The notes below the pieces were generated by a model. The model was not told the DNA's origin and searched no databases. It saw only the letters and a list, made by a program, of their open reading frames with translations. 64,000 nt of DNA from a virus: the IMG/VR virus record IMGVR_UViG_3300032236_001457, positions 1 to 64,000 of that record; one strand, given 5' to 3'. This document shows, one piece after another, positions 38,573 to 48,433 of the stretch; positions within the stretch are counted from its first letter, which is position 1; every line of letters begins with the position of its first letter. The translations under genes were made by a program, and so were the position numbers.

Positions 38573-39394
38573 TTATACCTTCAATAAATTTGTTATATCA
38601 TACATTTTTTTCATGTATGGTGATGGGTTATTTAAAACACTGACTTCTAAATCACCTGCTCTTCTGGGCAAAACTTCGATGTCAAAATAACAGTCATTAA
38701 CTGTTTTAAAAATTTCAACAATTTCCTTTACGCTGTATCCATGCCCGTGTCCGAGATTTTCAATATCGCCGCTGGACTGTTTCACAGCAGTAACTAGTGC
38801 TTGGCAGATTTCGTTAACATGAACATAGTCTCTTATACAAGTTCCGTCGGATGTATTATAGTCATCGCCATAGAGATTAAATGTTCCTGTTTCCCCGGCA
38901 CGAATTAAATTATACATTAATCCATCGGGATTGGTTGGGGCACGACATTCACTACCTAGCACATTATAGAACCTGAATATAGTATGATTTTTTGGTTGAT
39001 GTATTTTGCAAAACTCTGCTGTTACCTGTTCAGCGGCTCGTTTGCTCATCCCATAAACATTTTGTGGATTGCTAGCAACCCCGGTACTGGCCAATATAAA
39101 ATTATCAGTTGTTACACGATTGAGAACATTTAGTGTGCCTTGAATATTCGTTGAATAATATCGAATCGGGCGTGATTCGCCTTCTCCTACTCTGACCTGT
39201 GCTGCTAGATGTATTACAGCATCAAACTGTTGTGGTATATGGAAATTTCCAACTATATCTACAGGATAAAAATCATGAACAGGAATAACTGGATCGACAA
39301 TATCTAGTCCGTGGATTTCGTATTGTCCAGCCATCATGTGGCATAGATGAGAACCGATGTATCCTGATGATCCTGTGATTAATACTTTCTTCAT
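38573..39394 (-). CDS. galE: UDP-glucose 4-epimerase-like NAD-dependent epimerase
   Basis: GSSGYIGSH, YGMSK, DGTCIRDYVHV, RRAGD. Confidence 0.8.
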   Translation of the reverse strand: MKKVLITGSSGYIGSHLCHMMAGQYEIHGLDIVDPVIPVHDFYPVDIVGNFHIPQQFDAVIHLAAQVRVGEGESRPIRYYSTNIQGTLNVLNRVTTDNFILASTGVASNPQNVYGMSKRAAEQVTAEFCKIHQPKNHTIFRFYNVLGSECRAPTNPDGLMYNLIRAGETGTFNLYGDDYNTSDGTCIRDYVHVNEICQALVTAVKQSSGDIENLGHGHGYSVKEIVEIFKTVNDCYFDIEVLPRRAGDLEVSVLNNPSPYMKKMYDITNLLKV

Positions 39395-40569
39395 TGTTTC
39401 ATTAACATTACTAACATTTTAGCAGTTAATGGGCTCAATGTCCAACCTAAATGGCCATGTCCAGTATGATAATATACCTTGGGATTTTTCTTGCTACGTT
39501 TAACAATGGGCATCATGTTTGGTGTCATAGGACGCAGACATGCCCAACTGGTATAGTCGCTCGTATCGATATTGGGGAAGTTTGCATGGACCCATTTCAG
39601 TAGAGGAACGATTCTATCCTGTCGAATATCATAATTCTCTCCGGCTAATTCTGCCGTGCCGGCTACACGAAACCTATTACCCAGTGTGCTGGTTACAATT
39701 TTTGCCTGATCATCTAACAAACTAACAGTAGGCAAATATTTAGGATCAACGTCATTAATTGTGATACTGTATCCTTTTACAGGGTAGATGGGCAAATCAT
39801 CGCCAATACTACGGGCAAGTTTTACACTGCCTACACCATTGGCCATAACAATCTGATCATAATGATCTATAGTTTTAATATTGTCTATACTGTTGCCATA
39901 GAAAAACTGCACACGATATTTCTTAATTAGAATTTTTTCTAATTCGGCACAGAATTTATGTATGTCGCCTGTAAAGTCCGATGGTGTCCAAGCGCCACCT
40001 ACGATGCCTTGAATATTTCCTAATGCTGGATCTAGAGACATTACTTGTTTTGTTTCTAACAAATTCCACTCACACCCATTTGATTCGTAAATGTCTTTGG
40101 ACTTTATGGCGCTGTTCCAATAGGATTTATTTTTGTAGAAATGTAGAATTCCGCTGTTGCTCTGATCAAAATCTATACCTTCTTCCTTCATGATCTCACG
40201 ATATAGATCTCTAGACTCTAGCCCCATTAAGATGGTTAATTCGGTATTACGACGATAACTGTTTGTAGCAGTATAGAATAAAAATCTAGCCAACCACTTG
40301 ATTTTATCGGGATCTGATATTAAGCTATCTCGGCGAATTAGTAGGGGTGCATCTTTTTTACCCAGCCATTTGATACCTTTTAAAACATTACTCCAAGTAG
40401 TCCATACTTCGCTATTGCTTACTGAGATTTGTCCACCATTTGCGAAACTGGTTTTACGAGCAGGCCCAGATTCTTCTTCATAAACGAATACGCTGTGTCC
40501 TGCTCGTGCGAGATAATAAGCAGCAGTAATACCAGCAATTCCAGCACCAATGACTGCTATTCTTTTCAT
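39391..40569 (-). CDS. dadA: D-amino acid dehydrogenase-like FAD oxidoreductase
   Basis: GAGIAG, TSFANGGQ, YPVKGYSIT, RVAGTAE, LRPMTP, GHGHLGWT. Confidence 0.88.
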   Translation of the reverse strand: MKRIAVIGAGIAGITAAYYLARAGHSVFVYEEESGPARKTSFANGGQISVSNSEVWTTWSNVLKGIKWLGKKDAPLLIRRDSLISDPDKIKWLARFLFYTATNSYRRNTELTILMGLESRDLYREIMKEEGIDFDQSNSGILHFYKNKSYWNSAIKSKDIYESNGCEWNLLETKQVMSLDPALGNIQGIVGGAWTPSDFTGDIHKFCAELEKILIKKYRVQFFYGNSIDNIKTIDHYDQIVMANGVGSVKLARSIGDDLPIYPVKGYSITINDVDPKYLPTVSLLDDQAKIVTSTLGNRFRVAGTAELAGENYDIRQDRIVPLLKWVHANFPNIDTSDYTSWACLRPMTPNMMPIVKRSKKNPKVYYHTGHGHLGWTLSPLTAKMLVMLMKQ

Positions 40570-41234
40570 GATTTTTTATAATTCCCGCTGGCCAATACAA
40601 TTTTACAAATATGTTCAAGGCGTTCAATATGCTCATATGCTCGCCAGGGACTGCTATCGATTGCCACAACTCCGTGTCCTTTAATACCTACAATGTCGTA
40701 TTTGATATGACCACTATAGGGATCAAGTTCTAATTTTTCATGACATTGATCGGCCAGTTCTTGGCTAATAGGAGGGACATCACCTACATTAGGTGCTACT
40801 TTGGTATATCTACTTAGTTCGGGGAAATCAGTTGTAAGTTCATTTAGTTGAATACCGGCATGCATTGCTGCAACACAATAAGTAGGATGCAAGTGAACAA
40901 CCACTCGCACATCATTGTTGTGTTGTCCTAAATTCTTCTGTAACCCAAAGTGTAAAGGAATTTCACCACTGGGTTTTAGACTAGAGCTGATGGCAGTATA
41001 TTCCATTTCGCTCCAACTATATCCAAACTTATCAGACCCTACCGACTCCATTCCCCATTTATGAATTTTAATCTTTTTAAATTGGTCAGGCTGTAGAGTT
41101 TGTTTTCTTACGCCAGTAGGAGTAATATAAAAATGATCTCTGTCATAATAACGAATACTGACATTAGAATCCCTACTGGTGCTCCAATTACGTTTATATC
41201 CTTCAATTAATACATCACAAATTGTTTCTAGCAT
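40566..41234 (-). CDS. Class II aldolase/adducin family protein
   Basis: N.S.R, ITPTG, PSGEIPLH, VVHLHP, GHG. Confidence 0.85.
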   Translation of the reverse strand: MLETICDVLIEGYKRNWSTSRDSNVSIRYYDRDHFYITPTGVRKQTLQPDQFKKIKIHKWGMESVGSDKFGYSWSEMEYTAISSSLKPSGEIPLHFGLQKNLGQHNNDVRVVVHLHPTYCVAAMHAGIQLNELTTDFPELSRYTKVAPNVGDVPPISQELADQCHEKLELDPYSGHIKYDIVGIKGHGVVAIDSSPWRAYEHIERLEHICKIVLASGNYKKS

Positions 41235-41236
41235 AA

Positions 41237-41782
41237 TTAACCCTCGTAGATTGCAGAATTAGCACCGTGTTCAAATACCTCGGCGCTCTTAACCCTTACA
41301 TTAGGATTAATAGGATATCGCATATTTCCGCTGGCCAACAATTCAGCCATCTTATCATAGCACATTTTAGCAAACATTTCGCATCCAACGCCTTCTACAA
41401 TACGTAGATCGCATAGAGAGCCTCTTTGGTATGGCTCGAAATTATTTCTATCAACTTGCATTTCATCTGGGCCGGTTTCGGGCAAAGTCCAGTTTGTGTC
41501 AATTAATGCCATTTGTTTAAAAAATTCTAAATGAGGATCGTCATGGGCGATAACCAATGTGTGATCAAACATGTAGTCGGCCCAAGCCTTAAATGATTTT
41601 AGCCCGCCAAAATCCATACACCAGTTTTTGTCATCCAGTGTTTCACATTCAAATACTAGCTTGATTCCGATACTGTATCCATGTAGTGTAGAACAGTGGC
41701 TATGACTAGCTCGCCACTGTCTAAAACAGCAGCTTAGTCCTCGATCATTCCCATAAGTCTTAACACTATAATATTTACTCAT
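41237..41782 (-). CDS. queD: 6-pyruvoyl/6-carboxy-tetrahydropterin synthase
   Basis: C..LHGY, DFG, FDH, E..A, V.VFE motifs. Confidence 0.85.
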   Translation of the reverse strand: MSKYYSVKTYGNDRGLSCCFRQWRASHSHCSTLHGYSIGIKLVFECETLDDKNWCMDFGGLKSFKAWADYMFDHTLVIAHDDPHLEFFKQMALIDTNWTLPETGPDEMQVDRNNFEPYQRGSLCDLRIVEGVGCEMFAKMCYDKMAELLASGNMRYPINPNVRVKSAEVFEHGANSAIYEG

Positions 41783-42407
41783 ATTTAAACCCTTCTTTTC
41801 CTTTAATAATCCAATTTTTTATTGTATCCCATCTGACATTGTATGCAATGCCTGCTTCTTTAAGTGTAGTATATTTTCCTTGAGGGGTACTAACCGATAT
41901 TGCCCTGCCATTATTTCCACCTAATACTTTCTTACTTTGGTCTGGGCGCTTTTTTCCAGACCAAAATTTATTAAATCCTGTTTCAAAATTTCTTATTGAT
42001 GCGTCCTGCCTTGTATAGGTTTTGGTAGATTTTGTTGATATCACAGAATCTCTAATTTGAATTTTAGATTTATTAGAATGAGAATGGCCTTTAAATGGTG
42101 GAGATTTTGGTATAAAGTTTTCAACTGTAAAGTGTTGGTTCATAAATGACTTATGAGTCACAACATTCATTCGTCGTAACACTTTTGCTTCCCAACTATT
42201 CATCGCACCTTGTGTTCTAAAGATGCGTCGAATTTCCCATACAAATGAATGTACCCCATAATTTTTAATTTCTCGTTTAACTACTTTCGAACTTGTAAAA
42301 TAATGAGTCCAAAAATCCTCTAACGGAGGTTTTTTACTAGTTCTTTTTCCATAATACACTTTTTCAGTTGTTAAACATTTTAATAGATATGTGTAGAAAT
42401 ACATCAA
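41775..42407 (-). mobile_element. Free-standing GIY-YIG-like homing endonuclease gene
   Basis: YTY...KVYYGKR, YFTSS, NUMOD3-like FKGHSHS..SK, C-terminal HTH; GTAAATA just upstream. Confidence 0.7.
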
Positions 42408-42445
42408 TATTCTCCTTTGATGTATTTACCACGATCGTTCCGTTG

Positions 42446-42619
42446 CTATTTAAGTTCTTTAACTTCTTCTTTAACTATTTTCAATTCTTGTTTAATTTCA
42501 TTGATCATTTGTAATTCTTGATCACTATACTTAAAAATATGATATATCACAATACCTAACCCTATCCAACTGCCTATACACCCTAATATTAAAATTAATA
42601 TAATATGATTATTTTCCAT
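42446..42619 (-). CDS. Small membrane protein with coiled tail
   Basis: ORF track; start taken at MENNH, about 30 nt downstream of a TAAATA-like motif region. Confidence 0.55.
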   Translation of the reverse strand: MENNHIILILILGCIGSWIGLGIVIYHIFKYSDQELQMINEIKQELKIVKEEVKELK

Positions 42620-42675
42620 AAAATTCTCCATAAGCAATTTATTTACTTGCTGTATGGAGAAAATTTTATCCAGAG

Positions 42676-43263
42676 TTATCGGTTAGCTACAATCTTATCA
42701 CACAGACCGTATGCCAGTGCTGCTTCAGCTGACATAAATGTATCTCGGTCCATATCGCGTTCAAAATCCTCAAAGGTTTTACCTGCTGTATTGTGTTTAA
42801 CATACAGTTCGGTTAGTCGCTTTTTCCAGAACATGATCTCGTTATAGGAGATTTCGATATCACTGGCCATGCCACGAGCACCTCCCGACGGCTGATGTAT
42901 CATATGGCGACTATTGGGCAGCATGAATCTTTTGCCTGCTGTTCCGGCTTGTGCTAGAAAACTACCCATACTACAGGCCTGGCCCATAACATAAGTTGCT
43001 ACATCGGGTTTAACGAACTGCATAACATCATAGATACCCATACCGGCGGTAATTACACCACCGGGGCTATTGATATAAAAATGAATGTCCTTTTCGCTGT
43101 CAGAACTTTCTAAGTGTAGAATCTGTGCGATAACCAAGTTGGCACTGTGATCATCTACAGGTCCATTTAGAAACACGATTCTTTCCGATAATAATCTAGA
43201 AAAAATATCAAACGCTCTCTCTCCGCTTCCTGTTTTTTCAATAACAATAGGAACTAAACTCAT
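42676..43263 (-). CDS. clpP: ATP-dependent Clp protease proteolytic subunit
   Basis: LVPIVIE, DIFSRLL, YINSPGG, ACSMG (Ser), MIHQP (His), RD.FMSA. Confidence 0.95.
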   Translation of the reverse strand: MSLVPIVIEKTGSGERAFDIFSRLLSERIVFLNGPVDDHSANLVIAQILHLESSDSEKDIHFYINSPGGVITAGMGIYDVMQFVKPDVATYVMGQACSMGSFLAQAGTAGKRFMLPNSRHMIHQPSGGARGMASDIEISYNEIMFWKKRLTELYVKHNTAGKTFEDFERDMDRDTFMSAEAALAYGLCDKIVANR

Positions 43264-43299
43264 TGTGTTGCTGCCTTCTAAAAGAGTGTGTTGTAAAAC

Positions 43300-43306
43300 A
43301 TAAATA
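43300..43306 (+). promoter_or_regulatory. Late promoter ATAAATA of the homing endonuclease
   Basis: 22 nt upstream of 43329, with AAGGA RBS. Confidence 0.55.
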
Positions 43307-43328
43307 AGTATAACAAGGAAAACTGTAA

Positions 43329-44120
43329 ATGTCAACTACTTCTGGAGTATATAAAATAACATTAAAAAATGATGGTAGAATTTATATTGGTAGTTCGGCA
43401 GGAATAGAGGACAGATGGAACTGGCACATTCGCAGACAGATCCAACTTATAGGTAAAATGATTGAAAAATATGGAAAAGAATCTTTTACCTTTGAAATTA
43501 TTGAAGAAGTTGAACCTGTTAAAGAAAAATTAATCGAACGAGAACAATTCTATCTTGATACATTACAGCCATTTCCTTGGGTTAATAACAACGGTTTTAA
43601 TTTGGCGCCAACTGCCTATTCACCACTTGGAATTAAACGATCTGAAGAAACTAAAAAGAAAATGAGCAGTTCATGGCATAAATCAAGAAATACTGTTGAA
43701 TATAAACAACAGGCAAGCGATAGAATTAAAGGTGATAAAAATCCAGCAAAGCGCCCTGATGTAGCCGCTAAAATATCTAAATCTAGGCTTGGACAAACTT
43801 GGGCCAACGATGCTGATAGAGTTGAGAAGCATCGACAGGCAAGACTAGGTAAAACTCATTCTATAGAAACTATAGAAAAAATGCGAATTTCTCAACAAAA
43901 AAACAAGACAAGATCTGATGCTGCTAAAGAAAAATTCTATCTCTCGCAAAGAACATTATACGAAATAACCAAGCCCGATCAATCTACATTTCAAATTTAT
44001 AGCCGAGAATTAAAAGAGTATTGTAAAAATAATAAACTACAATATTCTAATTTAATTACAACGGCCAAAACAGACAAAGTGTATAAGAAAGGTTGGAAGG
44101 CTCGAATATTAGTAGACTAA
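43329..44120 (+). mobile_element. GIY-YIG homing endonuclease with NUMOD3 repeats, inserted antisense
   Basis: SGVYKI...IYIGSS...R...H, FEIIE, REQFYLD, GFN; SEETKKKMS and HSIETIEKMR repeats. Confidence 0.88.
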
Positions 44121-44560
44121 TCTACTTTTTGATAAGTTTGTGCGAAGATATCTTTCTTTACTACGCCATAATCATTAGGGCCATGACGAACAATAACATC
44201 TTTGCCTGGATTATAGTGTAGCTTTTCTCCCCAGCTTGTGTCAACAGTTCCAACGTGATCTGCCAGTTTAGCTACTTTGATAATCTTTTTTGGAGTGCAG
44301 ATACCATATCCATGATCATCTTTGAGTTCTTTGAATTTTTCTGGACTAATTGGATATTTTTCTCCCTTTGGACCAGTCATAATGTAGTAACCCGCAGGAT
44401 ATTTTACAGGACCTTCTAGGGTATCAATAGTTCCTGGTTCAGTGGCAATGTTATAGTGTTCTTTGGCTGGCTTTTTATAAGTTTCGAATCCACCGTGTTT
44501 AAACCAATCATCGGTGATATTATCCAATGATTCCACAATATTAATAAATTCTCTAATCAT
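44117..44560 (-). CDS. PGDYG-like protein (internally duplicated) with capsid-targeting-like leader
   Basis: TLEG...GYYIMTGPKGEKYPI and TSWGE...VIVRHGPNDYGVVKKDIFAQTY; N-terminus MIREFINIVES. Confidence 0.65.
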   Translation of the reverse strand: MIREFINIVESLDNITDDWFKHGGFETYKKPAKEHYNIATEPGTIDTLEGPVKYPAGYYIMTGPKGEKYPISPEKFKELKDDHGYGICTPKKIIKVAKLADHVGTVDTSWGEKLHYNPGKDVIVRHGPNDYGVVKKDIFAQTYQKVD

Positions 44561-44955
44561 TTTACTACCTTTAAGTTAGATAATCCCGCAATCATTTTAA
44601 ATTGTTCCCAAGCCGTGCGGGCAGCTGGGTTCTCATCCAATTCCTCATCCACTAGCACAACTTCCCGCCAATGATAGTAGGGCGATCTTGGTTGAGCACC
44701 AAACTTACGAGGTTGATGTATTTTACCATCATGCCATAGTTGGCAGATTACTGCGCGAACTTCATCCTCACGCCCTCGCAATCCGGCCCATGGTCCTTGA
44801 TGTTCGTAAGCATAACCGAGCCAAATGTTATCCCATTGATCGTCCAGTGTAGGATCAAAGTGAGTTCTGGTGATTAAGACCTGAACATCTTCGGGGTCTA
44901 CACGACCTTCTACAATGTCCTTTACGCAACGACTCAGGGAATAACCAATTTTCAT
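44557..44955 (-). CDS. Hypothetical protein
   Basis: ORF track. Confidence 0.7.
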   Translation of the reverse strand: MKIGYSLSRCVKDIVEGRVDPEDVQVLITRTHFDPTLDDQWDNIWLGYAYEHQGPWAGLRGREDEVRAVICQLWHDGKIHQPRKFGAQPRSPYYHWREVVLVDEELDENPAARTAWEQFKMIAGLSNLKVVK

Positions 44956-45431
44956 TAGACTACCTGATGTTTATCTACAACCTGTTGAATAACTTTCGCT
45001 ACCAATTGATTAAGTGTGATGTCCTGTTCGTGAGCCAAGCTCATTAGACGGAACATTTCGACTTCACCCAGTTCTAGTGGAATACTAACACGAGTATCAT
45101 AGTCTCGACCTGCCACAATGGCTTCAGCCTTTTCTAACCAATCTGCTTCATCTTCCAAATCTGTCCATTCAACATCATCCCAGGCTTGTTTATCAAGATC
45201 CTTACGATGATCTGGGTGGGTATACCGGTAAGCACGACTGTTTTTATAGTCGCAGGCTTGGACACAATAGACTGTTTGATCTTGTGTATTGAAGATCACA
45301 CAGAGGCTATGGCCATCTTGATCGCCGTTCCAACTGTCCAGACTGTAGGCACCGGGCTCAAATCCATACCAATCACTACCTTCTGAAATACGATAGTTAA
45401 CAGTTTCCATGAATTGTTTCAGTGTAATCAT
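44955..45431 (-). CDS. Hypothetical protein with possible C-terminal ribbon-helix-helix
   Basis: ORF track; LAHEQDITLNQLV. Confidence 0.7.
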   Translation of the reverse strand: MITLKQFMETVNYRISEGSDWYGFEPGAYSLDSWNGDQDGHSLCVIFNTQDQTVYCVQACDYKNSRAYRYTHPDHRKDLDKQAWDDVEWTDLEDEADWLEKAEAIVAGRDYDTRVSIPLELGEVEMFRLMSLAHEQDITLNQLVAKVIQQVVDKHQVV

Positions 45432-45640
45432 TTCCGGTCCTCTTCGTTAATTGTTTCACTATTATAAATGACGGTGCCGTCTGTGTCAAGAACTTCGTAT
45501 ACCAGAGGTTCTGGGCCCAATGCGGATCTCAAGGAGGAGATGGCCTGTTCGGCTACGATTCTTCCTTGGGATCCAGGTTTGAATGCCACAATGAGCCATT
45601 CAAGAGCCTCCAGGGCTTCTCGCATGGCCTCTGTGCTCAT
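45428..45640 (-). CDS. Hypothetical protein
   Basis: ORF track; ATGA-coupled. Confidence 0.6.
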   Translation of the reverse strand: MSTEAMREALEALEWLIVAFKPGSQGRIVAEQAISSLRSALGPEPLVYEVLDTDGTVIYNSETINEEDRK

Positions 45641-45807
45641 AGATCGAATTCGGAATCGTTTGGACCTTTTTTAATCTTAGCAGGTGGTTTTTGTTCACTG
45701 GCAATAATAGCATTGATCATAGCTCGTTTATAATCGGCACGACGATCAGCGGGCATTAGGGCCATTACAGTTTTATATTGTTTAGGGAATTTTACTACTC
45801 GTTTCAT
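45637..45807 (-). CDS. Small hypothetical protein (56 aa, not in ORF track)
   Basis: MKRVVKFPKQYKTVMALMP...; GGAG RBS comes from the upstream HFGVK tail; ATGA-coupled downstream. Confidence 0.6.
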   Translation of the reverse strand: MKRVVKFPKQYKTVMALMPADRRADYKRAMINAIIASEQKPPAKIKKGPNDSEFDL

Positions 45808-45808
45808 T

Positions 45809-45982
45809 TTATTTTACTCCAAAATGTTTTTTAATTAGATCGGTGGCGTGGTATGGTTCGGCGGTTTCGGCTATGCGAGCGCATTCTGCTACGGCAAGTT
45901 CGATTAGTCGTTCCAATCTATCTTGTTCGTATGTTGAACTAAATCCTGCCAGTTTGATTAGTTGTTGAATATTTGTGTTCAT
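45809..45982 (-). CDS. MNERI/HFGV-family micro-protein
   Basis: MNTNIQQLIKLAG...AECARIA...KKHFGVK. Confidence 0.7.
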   Translation of the reverse strand: MNTNIQQLIKLAGFSSTYEQDRLERLIELAVAECARIAETAEPYHATDLIKKHFGVK

Positions 45983-46713
45983 TTTTTGTTGTTTATAAAA
46001 ATTCCTCTCCAAGAGAGATCTAAAAACTTTGATAAATTAACATTGGATTCTTTTTCTGTGTGAAAAGGTTCTACATTTTCCTCAGAAAAATAATTCTTTA
46101 AATCTCGTAAATTGTCGGTTTTAGGATGAGCCCACAAGTGTTTTTTAAAATCTACAGTTTCTTCTGTTATGCCGTCAGGTAGTTCAACATCTACAAGAAA
46201 TTCGTCGGTTGTATTTTGAGATGGATCCACAGGCACAATTGGCCAAGATTTCATCTTTGCATCAAACACACAAAATTTACTATTGAATTTTAATTTTTTT
46301 CGTATATTTTTAATAATTGTTTTGGTATCTATGGTATGTTGCAATGCCCAGACGGCAATACCTACAGTGAAATAATTATCAGGAAGCCGAGAGAATTCCG
46401 CATTATTGATGGCTGTGAAATTTGAATGATTAACATATTTGGTTGCATATTCCAACATTTTAGATTGAAAGTCTACACCTATTACTTTACAATTAAATTC
46501 TTCAATAATAGGTTTTGCTAACCTTCCTATGCCACACCCCCAATCTAGCACAACACTGTCTTCGTTAAAGAGATTGGTCTCGCGAAAATATTTCATTGTC
46601 CATTTGGTTTCTGTTTCCCATTGATCGGGAATAGAATCATCCGTTAGTATTATTTTTTTAGCATGTTCAATATCAGTTGGCTCAAAAAAATCGTAATTGT
46701 ATTTTACTAACAT
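45979..46713 (-). CDS. Class I SAM-dependent methyltransferase
   Basis: VLDWGCGIGR, GVD, WALQH motifs. Confidence 0.85.
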   Translation of the reverse strand: MLVKYNYDFFEPTDIEHAKKIILTDDSIPDQWETETKWTMKYFRETNLFNEDSVVLDWGCGIGRLAKPIIEEFNCKVIGVDFQSKMLEYATKYVNHSNFTAINNAEFSRLPDNYFTVGIAVWALQHTIDTKTIIKNIRKKLKFNSKFCVFDAKMKSWPIVPVDPSQNTTDEFLVDVELPDGITEETVDFKKHLWAHPKTDNLRDLKNYFSEENVEPFHTEKESNVNLSKFLDLSWRGIFINNKK

Positions 46714-46958
46714 AAAACTCCAAAATGTTTAGATATGCGACTCATAGCCTGTTTCAATGCTCTGTTATGTGCCCGGTATAATCCTTCTATGGATTCATCA
46801 TGAGGATCAGGTTCAATCAGGTCATCAACGCAGTTAATACATTCCTTTACTAATAATTCGGCAAACTTTTCCAAACTGAACTGACGAGTATGTAAACCAG
46901 TTTGCCCGGGTATATGTATCATTGCTTCTTCTGCCAATCTTTCAAATTGTTCGTTCAT
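46707..46958 (-). CDS. MNERI/HFGV-family micro-protein
   Basis: MNEQFERLAEEA...KFAELLVKECI...KHFGV. Confidence 0.75.
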   Translation of the reverse strand: MNEQFERLAEEAMIHIPGQTGLHTRQFSLEKFAELLVKECINCVDDLIEPDPHDESIEGLYRAHNRALKQAMSRISKHFGVLC

Positions 46959-47296
46959 CGGCAGACCTCTATAGTAGCATCGGGTTCATTCCAGCAGGCA
47001 TTACGGTATTCATAAACAAACCGCCAAAGATTATCGTAATTACCCCAACCATTCTCTGGATTATGTTGTTTGAAACGATCGGGCTCACTCAGTAGTATGT
47101 TCCAACCTTCGTCCAGCAATTCCGCAATATCTTTAGCATAAACCAATTCATGTTCATCGGGTCGCCATAACACATCGTATAGTGTTAGTCCATTAGACAA
47201 TTTAACTTCGGAAGCCATCTTACACAAGTTATGAGTAATGTTGTTGTCATAGACTCTTACAGGTTTGGTCACATTTAAGGATACGGTTAAACTCAT
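46955..47296 (-). CDS. Hypothetical phage protein
   Basis: NITHNL..MA, NPENGWG.Y motifs; coupled to both neighbours. Confidence 0.7.
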   Translation of the reverse strand: MSLTVSLNVTKPVRVYDNNITHNLCKMASEVKLSNGLTLYDVLWRPDEHELVYAKDIAELLDEGWNILLSEPDRFKQHNPENGWGNYDNLWRFVYEYRNACWNEPDATIEVCR

Positions 47297-47400
47297 TCTT
47301 CAATTCCTACTGATTTACATTTGTGGAATGGCATAATTCGACCAAGCCATCCAATCAGTTCACCGCAATTTTGGCAACAGTATGATGGGTATTTCTTCAT
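47293..47400 (-). CDS. 35-aa Cys-rich peptide ending GIEE (not in ORF track)
   Basis: MKKYPSYCCQNCGELIGWLGRIMPFHKCKSVGIEE; ATGA overlaps at both ends. Confidence 0.6.
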   Translation of the reverse strand: MKKYPSYCCQNCGELIGWLGRIMPFHKCKSVGIEE

Positions 47401-47585
47401 TCTTCAACACCAAAATGTTCTTTGAGATAATCTACATTGTCGCCGCGGTGAAACGCAACATCGATACATTCTCTCACCATCAACTCGGCGAACTTTTTAC
47501 ACTCGGGCATATCCCAATGACCAAATCCAAACATATCCGCTTTATATCCAGCCTGTTCGGCAAGTTGTTCAATTCGTTCGTTCAT
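47397..47585 (-). CDS. MNERI/HFGV-family micro-protein
   Basis: MNERIEQLAEQAG...KFAELMVRECI...EHFGVEE. Confidence 0.8.
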   Translation of the reverse strand: MNERIEQLAEQAGYKADMFGFGHWDMPECKKFAELMVRECIDVAFHRGDNVDYLKEHFGVEE

Positions 47586-47893
47586 TCGTCAACTCCATAC
47601 TTCTTGTTTAGTTTTTTAATCTCTGCTCGGAGATTTCGTTTCTCATATTCAGCCCAACCAAGTTGCTCCTGCATATCCCGCATTTGTTGAGCAAAGTCAC
47701 GATCAGCAGGTGAGAGTTCTTCTTCTGCTCGTAGAATAAACTTACCATTTTCCCAATCAAATCCATTCTGAGCACTTTTAACAGCGACCATAGGAATCGC
47801 ACCAACTGTAGAGTAGGGCAGTTTAATGGCAATCATTACTTCATTCTCATCGCGGACATGTTCCAGTATGCGTTTGAGTTCGCTAACTTTCAT
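47582..47893 (-). CDS. Hypothetical protein ending in a YGVDE tail
   Basis: ORF track; ATGA-coupled at both ends. Confidence 0.7.
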   Translation of the reverse strand: MKVSELKRILEHVRDENEVMIAIKLPYSTVGAIPMVAVKSAQNGFDWENGKFILRAEEELSPADRDFAQQMRDMQEQLGWAEYEKRNLRAEIKKLNKKYGVDE

Positions 47894-48105
47894 TCTTCAA
47901 CTCCAAAATGTTCTAGAATCTGTAGGCTACAATGTTGTCTGCTTCTAACATCATCACCGGGGCTGGGACGACTTTCACATATTAGAGCACATTCCCGCAC
48001 AATCAACTCGGCGAACTTCTCAGCAAACTTTCCATAAGTTGAAAACTGGTCGTTGACAATGACCATTCCAGCCTGTTCGGCAAGTTCTTTAATTCGTTCG
48101 TTCAT
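47890..48105 (-). CDS. MNERI/HFGV-family micro-protein
   Basis: MNERIKELAEQAG...KFAELIVREC...EHFGVEE. Confidence 0.8.
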   Translation of the reverse strand: MNERIKELAEQAGMVIVNDQFSTYGKFAEKFAELIVRECALICESRPSPGDDVRSRQHCSLQILEHFGVEE

Positions 48106-48215
48106 GGTTTACCCCATATTGCTTCTAATACTGTATTAAGAGATACATTCAATATCCTTGAGATTACTTCTATTTGGAATCCTTCTTTATACATCTCTCT
48201 GATTTCATCCTTCAT
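48102..48215 (-). CDS. 37-aa HTH-like peptide (not in ORF track)
   Basis: MKDEIREMYKEGFQIEVISRILNVSLNTVLEAIWGKP; ATGA overlaps at both ends. Confidence 0.65.
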   Translation of the reverse strand: MKDEIREMYKEGFQIEVISRILNVSLNTVLEAIWGKP

Positions 48216-48433
48216 TCTTCAACTCCGAAATGTTCTAGTTTCTCGTTTAAGAGATTCCAACTGACGCTACCAACTATGAACATATCACGGCAAATCTCAA
48301 TCTGTTCTTTCGCAATCAACTCGGCGAACTTTTCTAATTCATCGTAGCCTACAGTAGTGGCAGGTTTACTGCCAAACCAAAAACACTCTTCTGCTCTAGC
48401 CTGCTCTAAAAGTTGTTCAATTCGTTCGTTCAT
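48212..48433 (-). CDS. MNERI/HFGV-family micro-protein
   Basis: MNERIEQLLEQA...KFAELIAKE...EHFGVEE. Confidence 0.8.
   Translation of the reverse strand: MNERIEQLLEQARAEECFWFGSKPATTVGYDELEKFAELIAKEQIEICRDMFIVGSVSWNLLNEKLEHFGVEE

Noticed and set aside
42676-43335. 219-aa N-terminally extended ClpP
   Set aside because: The extension overlaps the divergent endonuclease promoter and start; family homology begins at MSLVPIV (43263).
41775-44120. Group I introns around the GIY-YIG genes
   Set aside because: The flanking genes (queD, clpP, PGDYG-like) appear intact and there is no non-coding space for a ribozyme core.
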